Of a DNA stretch of 64,000 nucleotides, positions 59,164-64,000 are shown piece after piece (the first letter of the stretch is position 1; every line of letters begins with the position of its first letter). Below the pieces are notes generated by a model. That model was not told the DNA's origin. It was given only the letters and a program-made list of their open reading frames with translations, and did no database searches. Location of the stretch: assembly GCA_965205605.1 (NCBI GenBank), contig CBDBHE010000007.1, positions 32,001 to 96,000 of the forward strand, in the 5' to 3' direction. This DNA is from Spirochaetota bacterium. GTDB lineage: Bacteria; Spirochaetota; UBA12135; COTS27; CBDBHE01. The translations under genes and the position numbers were made by a program.

Positions 59164-60741
59164 ATGAAAAAAAAAACAATTCTATTAATTGCAAGCTCAA
59201 TTATTTTCTTTATAAGCTATAAGTATCTAATGAATTATATCCTATGGCAAGGTCGATCTATCCCCCCTATTAATGACATTTTAAACTACACTACTAGGGT
59301 CCAAACCGTTATAAATAATACTTACCAAAATGATAATACTTTTTTCTATACTTATCCATTGGGCTTTCTAGGAAAGTTGTTTAAGTTAAGTGCTTTTACA
59401 ACAATCAAATATAGCTACTACCTAGGGCCTCTACTTGCTGCTTGGGTACTTTTCACCTACCTAAAACCTATTTTTAAAAATAACTATCTCACTGCTTTAT
59501 TTTTTTTTCTAATTTCTTTTTATGCTGCTGGTATCGGCTTCCATTCTTTTACACATTTTGTTCCTAGCTTTTATTTAGTGCTACTTTCCTTTGTTTTTTT
59601 ACAATATTTATTTTCATATTATTTCAAAATAAGCCTAAAAAAAATCATAATCCTACTTGTTATTATTACAGTTAGTTTGAATATTCATGGTGCTGGGTTT
59701 TATATGCTAATAACTCAAGGAATTATTTTTTCGATCCTAATTTTTTTAAAAGAAAAGAAAAAAATTAATTTCAAAAAAATAGCTTTATTATTTCTTCTCA
59801 TTTTTATCATCCAAAAAATACAATTGTTTTCAACTCCTGCTTACAAAAATCTTTTAAACAATTACTCAAATGAAACATTAAAACTTAAAGGACCATTAAC
59901 ACCATTATTTTCTTACATTAAAATAATTTTGACACAAAAACACTATATTGCCTTTTTCAAATACTTTTGGCCAAATCCTTATTTAGGAAGCTTAATCGTC
60001 CTTACACTTATTGGCTTAATCTTTTTTTCTTTAAAAAAACCAAGCAGTTTGATTAAAAAACCTATTATTTTTGTCCCTCCTTTAGTTTGGTTTTTTCTTT
60101 TTCTCATCATTCCTTTTTTTAAAGAAAGAGCAAATCGAATTGTTGAGTTTTTGTTCCCTTACTTTATAATTTTTCTGACTGTTTTGTTTTATGATTTTTT
60201 AAAAACACAAAAAAAATATATCACTCTTGGTGGGAGCCTTTTTATTTTTTCACTAGGATTATTAATGAGTGGAAGCTTTGCTTTAGAAGAAAATATCCAA
60301 TACAAAAAAGTCAAGCCTATTCCAAAACACATTGTCTCCTACTTAAAAAAAGAAAAAAAAGAAATAATTTCTAATCACTCTTTCTTTTTTAATTATTTAA
60401 AATTACACTTTTTGATACGTACAAAAAAAACTTCTTCTCATTTTTCAATTCAAAAACTTTTTTTCCAAGAAAGCAAAAATATTATTGACAACTTAGCCCA
60501 AGTTACTAATAAATCAAAATATATGGTGATCGTTTTTAATCCAAATTATGAACGAGAAACTTACCGTTTCAAAAAAATTCTTAAAAAAATACTAATTAAA
60601 ATGGACATCCTAAAGTCAAATACCCATAATGCCTTATCTAAAAATAAAATTAAAGATCCTAAAAAAATCTTGTTTGAAATCAAAACAGAAAAAATGAAAC
60701 TCATTTATAAGAATAAAACTTTTTCGATTTATCATTTATAA
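59164..60741 (+). CDS. Polytopic membrane protein, possible GT-C glycosyltransferase or glycan polymerase
   Basis: About 10 or more hydrophobic segments, PPIND..Y first loop, located within a glycan cluster. Confidence 0.55.
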   Translation: MKKKTILLIASSIIFFISYKYLMNYILWQGRSIPPINDILNYTTRVQTVINNTYQNDNTFFYTYPLGFLGKLFKLSAFTTIKYSYYLGPLLAAWVLFTYLKPIFKNNYLTALFFFLISFYAAGIGFHSFTHFVPSFYLVLLSFVFLQYLFSYYFKISLKKIIILLVIITVSLNIHGAGFYMLITQGIIFSILIFLKEKKKINFKKIALLFLLIFIIQKIQLFSTPAYKNLLNNYSNETLKLKGPLTPLFSYIKIILTQKHYIAFFKYFWPNPYLGSLIVLTLIGLIFFSLKKPSSLIKKPIIFVPPLVWFFLFLIIPFFKERANRIVEFLFPYFIIFLTVLFYDFLKTQKKYITLGGSLFIFSLGLLMSGSFALEENIQYKKVKPIPKHIVSYLKKEKKEIISNHSFFFNYLKLHFLIRTKKTSSHFSIQKLFFQESKNIIDNLAQVTNKSKYMVIVFNPNYERETYRFKKILKKILIKMDILKSNTHNALSKNKIKDPKKILFEIKTEKMKLIYKNKTFSIYHL

Positions 60742-60749
60742 CTTTTTTT

Positions 60750-61892
60750 TTATTTTTTATCTTTTCTTAACTCTAAAACACCTTGATGATAAGCTTTAAA
60801 AATAAACTTTTCATCAAAAAAACGAATGACTTTTTGTCTTCCTTTTTTTCCCATTGTTTTTCTCTTTAAAGGACTAAGTCGCATCATTAAAAGCATTTTA
60901 TTAAAAAGAGATTGTTCATCTCTAGGAGAACATAAAAATCCATTTTCTCCATTATCAACGATATCTCGGCATCCCGTGTGATCGGTTGCGATAATAGGAA
61001 TTTGAAGGCTACAAGCCTCTAAAAGCACTCTTGGCACTCCTTCTTTATAATAAGAAGGGAGAACAACACAATTGGCTTTTTGCATCTCTTTAGAAACTTC
61101 ATCCGAAGACCCCAAATAACGAATCATCCCTTCTACTTCCCATTTTTTCAAATCTTCTTTTTGGACCTCTTTTTTAAGCCCACTTAAGATCCCAAGGACA
61201 TCACAAATAACTTCTTCTTTGATTTTTTTTTTCAAAAGATGACAAGCTTTTACATATTCTAAAATTCCTTTTTCCCAAAGCAAACGTCCTACAAATAAAA
61301 ATCGAAAAGGTTTATTTTGAAGTGCTTTTCCTGAAAATTTATTTTTATAACGATCAATATCAATCCCCGAGCCTGGTAATTTTTCAGTAAATGCCTCTTC
61401 AATCAATTGATGTTGAATAAAAAATTGTTTATCTTCTTCATTTTGAAAAAAGGCTTTTGTGACTTTTTTAAAAGCGATTTTATATAAAAAACAAACGACC
61501 CAAAACAACAATGATTTTTTTGAAAAAACATGGCCTCGTCCAGAAACATTAACAAAAATAGGAATTCGTCTCCAAGAACATATTAAAGAAGCATAAAGAT
61601 TGGCTTTAATCGTAAAACTAATCACTAAAAAAGGATTTATTTTCTTTAAAGAATAGTATAAAAAAGTCAGTAAATATAAATCTTTTAAAGGATTAAGACT
61701 ACGAGAATACAAAGGAATCGAATTAATTTCAAAAGGGATCTTGTCAAAATAAGAATCTTTTGGAACAAAAACAATAATTTTATAACCTTGTTTTTCTAAA
61801 AAATAAAGTAAAGAGAGACGAAAATTAAAAATATTCCAAGCACTGTTTGAAATAACACAGATACTTTTTTTTAAAGCCAGATTTCTCTCCAA
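60750..61892 (-). CDS. Glycosyltransferase family 4 (CapM/PglA-like)
   Basis: NFRLSL, FTIKANLY, FFQNEED, PGSGID, VGRLLWEKGI.EY, LPSYYKEGVPRVLLEA, GCRDIV. Confidence 0.92.
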   Translation of the reverse strand: MERNLALKKSICVISNSAWNIFNFRLSLLYFLEKQGYKIIVFVPKDSYFDKIPFEINSIPLYSRSLNPLKDLYLLTFLYYSLKKINPFLVISFTIKANLYASLICSWRRIPIFVNVSGRGHVFSKKSLLFWVVCFLYKIAFKKVTKAFFQNEEDKQFFIQHQLIEEAFTEKLPGSGIDIDRYKNKFSGKALQNKPFRFLFVGRLLWEKGILEYVKACHLLKKKIKEEVICDVLGILSGLKKEVQKEDLKKWEVEGMIRYLGSSDEVSKEMQKANCVVLPSYYKEGVPRVLLEACSLQIPIIATDHTGCRDIVDNGENGFLCSPRDEQSLFNKMLLMMRLSPLKRKTMGKKGRQKVIRFFDEKFIFKAYHQGVLELRKDKK

Positions 61893-63796
61893 CGCTCAAA
61901 TTGGATCAAATACCAGATAAGATGATAATTAGGGTATTTACCCGTTAAAAAAGAATCACACACTTTCTTAACCGAATTTGCATTAAAAAGACCTATTTCT
62001 TGTAGCCTTTTTTTATTTAAATATTTTTCAATAAGGTAATAAAGATCTTTCTTTAACAATTTTCCCATAGGAATTTCGAATCCATATTTAGGACGTTGCA
62101 TTGTCTTTTCAGGTAAATAACGATGTGAAATATTTTTTAAAAGGACTTTAGGATTTTTAAAATCAAATCGATCTGTAGAAGAAAGGCTATTAGCAAACTC
62201 AACCAACCTATGATCTAAAAAAGGCACTCGAGCTTCCAAACCATACGCCATAGAAGAACGATCTGATTTAACCAAAACATCATCAAGCAAAAAAGAAGAA
62301 AAATCCACTGCTGTCATCCATTCCAAATTAGACATTTGTTTTTCTTTTTTCAAAAAAAAATTTTTGAGAGAAATATCTTTTTTTAAATTAAACCATTCTT
62401 TTTGATTTAAAAATAATTTGAAAACATCTTTTGCATTGGATTTTGCTGTAATTTCAAAAAAAATCTCTTCTAAAGTTTTTTTCCTAACTCCTCTTTTAGC
62501 TTTTTCAAGTTTAACCCAAGAATTATGAATCCGGTATTTATCTGGTAAACAACTATTTAAAAAACCAATGGCAGAAGCGGGAAAAATATAAATGAAAAAA
62601 CTAAATATTTGTTGATTTAAAAAACTTTTTTTAAAAAAATTTAAAGCAAATTGATATTTTGAATACCCCCCAAAAAGCTCATCTGCCCCATCTCCTGTTA
62701 AAGCGACATCGATGTATTGTTTGGCTTTTTTAGAAATAAACATCATCGGTATTGATGAAGTATCACCGAAAGGTTCATCATAAACTTGAGGCAAATAGTC
62801 TAAAATCTCTGCAAGATCTTTTTGATTCAAATAAAAAGTTTGGTGATTTGTTTTTAATTCTTGTGCAATTTTTTTGGCAAAAAAAGCTTCGTTATATTCT
62901 TTATCATCAAAGCCAATGGTAAACGTATTAATTTTTTTTTGCTTGGATAGCAATGTTGCAAGTAAAGTAGAATCAAACCCCCCTGATAAAAAAAGACCTA
63001 AAGGTTTATCAGAAATTTGATGATCTTTAGTAATATTGTTTAAAAGAGATTCCAAATCATCTAAAAGATTTTTTTTATTCTTAAAAGTCAATCTTTCTTT
63101 TCCCAAAGCCAAAGAAGAAGACCAATAATGAGTTGTTTTATAATTACCTGTTGAAAGATCAAAAGTCAAAAAAGACCCTGGTTTAAGTTTATAAGTGTTT
63201 TTATAAATCGTTTTAGGCGATGGAATATAACCTAAACGAAAATAAATTGGTAAAATTTTTTGATTCAGTTCTTTTTTAAAATAAGGATTCTGAACAAAAG
63301 ATTTTAATTCTGAGCCAAAGAAAAAAACAGTATTAGAAAAGCTATAATAAAGTGGTTTGATTCCAACTCGATCCCGAACAAAAAATACTTTTTGTTTTTT
63401 TAAATCAATAAAACAAAAAGCAAACATTCCAACTAATTTATTGACACATTCAGGACCCCATTCGATAAAAGCTCTAAATAAAACTTCTGTATCTCCTTTA
63501 GTTTTAAAAGTATGTTTTTTTAAAAGTTGCTCTTTAATTTCTAAAAAATTGTAAATTTCACCATTATAAACTAATAGATAATTTTGGCATTCAGAAACAA
63601 AAGGTTGATCACAACTTTCTCTGGGATCTAAAATTCCCAAACGCGTATGGCCCAAACCTATCCTAAAAAGTCCTTCTTCTTTTATCAGATACTTTTGCCT
63701 ATTAGGTCCCCTAGATGCCAAACTATCTGTCATTTCTTTTAAATCTTTTTCATTAATATTTTTAAAAGGATCAAAAAAACCAACAATCCCACACAT
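61871..63796 (-). CDS. asnB: Asparagine synthase (glutamine-hydrolysing) family amidotransferase, glycan-cluster type
   Basis: MCGIVG, RGP, YNGEIYN, RDRVGIKPLYY, FLSGGFDS, TGDGADELFGGY, EARVPFLD. Confidence 0.92.
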   Translation of the reverse strand: MCGIVGFFDPFKNINEKDLKEMTDSLASRGPNRQKYLIKEEGLFRIGLGHTRLGILDPRESCDQPFVSECQNYLLVYNGEIYNFLEIKEQLLKKHTFKTKGDTEVLFRAFIEWGPECVNKLVGMFAFCFIDLKKQKVFFVRDRVGIKPLYYSFSNTVFFFGSELKSFVQNPYFKKELNQKILPIYFRLGYIPSPKTIYKNTYKLKPGSFLTFDLSTGNYKTTHYWSSSLALGKERLTFKNKKNLLDDLESLLNNITKDHQISDKPLGLFLSGGFDSTLLATLLSKQKKINTFTIGFDDKEYNEAFFAKKIAQELKTNHQTFYLNQKDLAEILDYLPQVYDEPFGDTSSIPMMFISKKAKQYIDVALTGDGADELFGGYSKYQFALNFFKKSFLNQQIFSFFIYIFPASAIGFLNSCLPDKYRIHNSWVKLEKAKRGVRKKTLEEIFFEITAKSNAKDVFKLFLNQKEWFNLKKDISLKNFFLKKEKQMSNLEWMTAVDFSSFLLDDVLVKSDRSSMAYGLEARVPFLDHRLVEFANSLSSTDRFDFKNPKVLLKNISHRYLPEKTMQRPKYGFEIPMGKLLKKDLYYLIEKYLNKKRLQEIGLFNANSVKKVCDSFLTGKYPNYHLIWYLIQFERWREIWL

Positions 63797-63798
63797 GG

Positions 63799-64000
63799 TT
63801 AACTTACCCTTTGATAAACTGAGAAAACATTCTCAGCATATCTCTTCCAAGAATATTTTTTAATCGATTCAAGAGCATTTTGACTTATTTTTTTTCTAAA
63901 ATGATTATTTTCTTTAACTGTCTTCATTTTATCTCTAAGCTCATTGACATTCCCTACACTCACTATCAAACCATCATAACCATCTTTAATAATGGAACCA
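63799..64000 (-). CDS. Glycosyltransferase family 4, C-terminal part (runs off window; not in ORF track)
   Basis: Manual translation GSIIKDGYDGLIVSVGNVNEL...KKYSWKRYAENVFSVYQRVS*, stop 2 bp before the asnB ATG. Confidence 0.8.
   Translation of the reverse strand, partial: GSIIKDGYDGLIVSVGNVNELRDKMKTVKENNHFRKKISQNALESIKKYSWKRYAENVFSVYQRVS

Noticed and set aside
1078-63554. Numerous 60-100 aa ORFs antisense to or nested in long genes (e.g. 1078-1341, 21304-21612, 34358-34657, 43189-43488)
   Set aside because: They are shadows of well-supported genes and have no motifs.
1-64000. tRNA, rRNA, tmRNA, riboswitches and strong intrinsic terminators
   Set aside because: No GC-rich structured segments were recognisable by eye in the intergenic gaps; a covariance-model scan would be needed to exclude them.

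Overview
A very AT-rich, A-tract-rich, gene-dense chromosomal segment using the standard genetic code. It most likely comes from a low-GC member of the Spirochaetota (spirochaete-type FlgC/FliE, diderm envelope genes). Core genes: recCBD, secA, nnr, hisC, hisI, prc, folD, galM, tgt, hinT, yidD, an lptF/G-type permease and flgB-flgC-fliE. Accessory content: (i) an FTR1 + imelysin + di-heme cytochrome iron-uptake module, where two genes share a duplicated promoter/palindrome block; (ii) a four-gene operon encoding a 1991-aa FlgD-Ig/OmpA protein with about 4.1 near-identical 684-bp tandem repeats, a membrane class III nucleotidyl cyclase lacking the usual purine-selecting Lys/Glu, and two unknown envelope proteins (the best candidate for an undescribed system); (iii) an ABC + LolA-like + beta-barrel transport operon; (iv) a TonB-dependent receptor with an EF-hand-like loop; (v) a compositionally foreign PL8 lyase flanked by ~95-bp direct repeats and gene debris; (vi) the edge of a surface-glycan cluster. 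Several glycosyltransferases are frameshifted or decayed. I saw no rRNA, tRNA, CRISPR array or transposase. All calls come from motifs read by eye; no database search was run.
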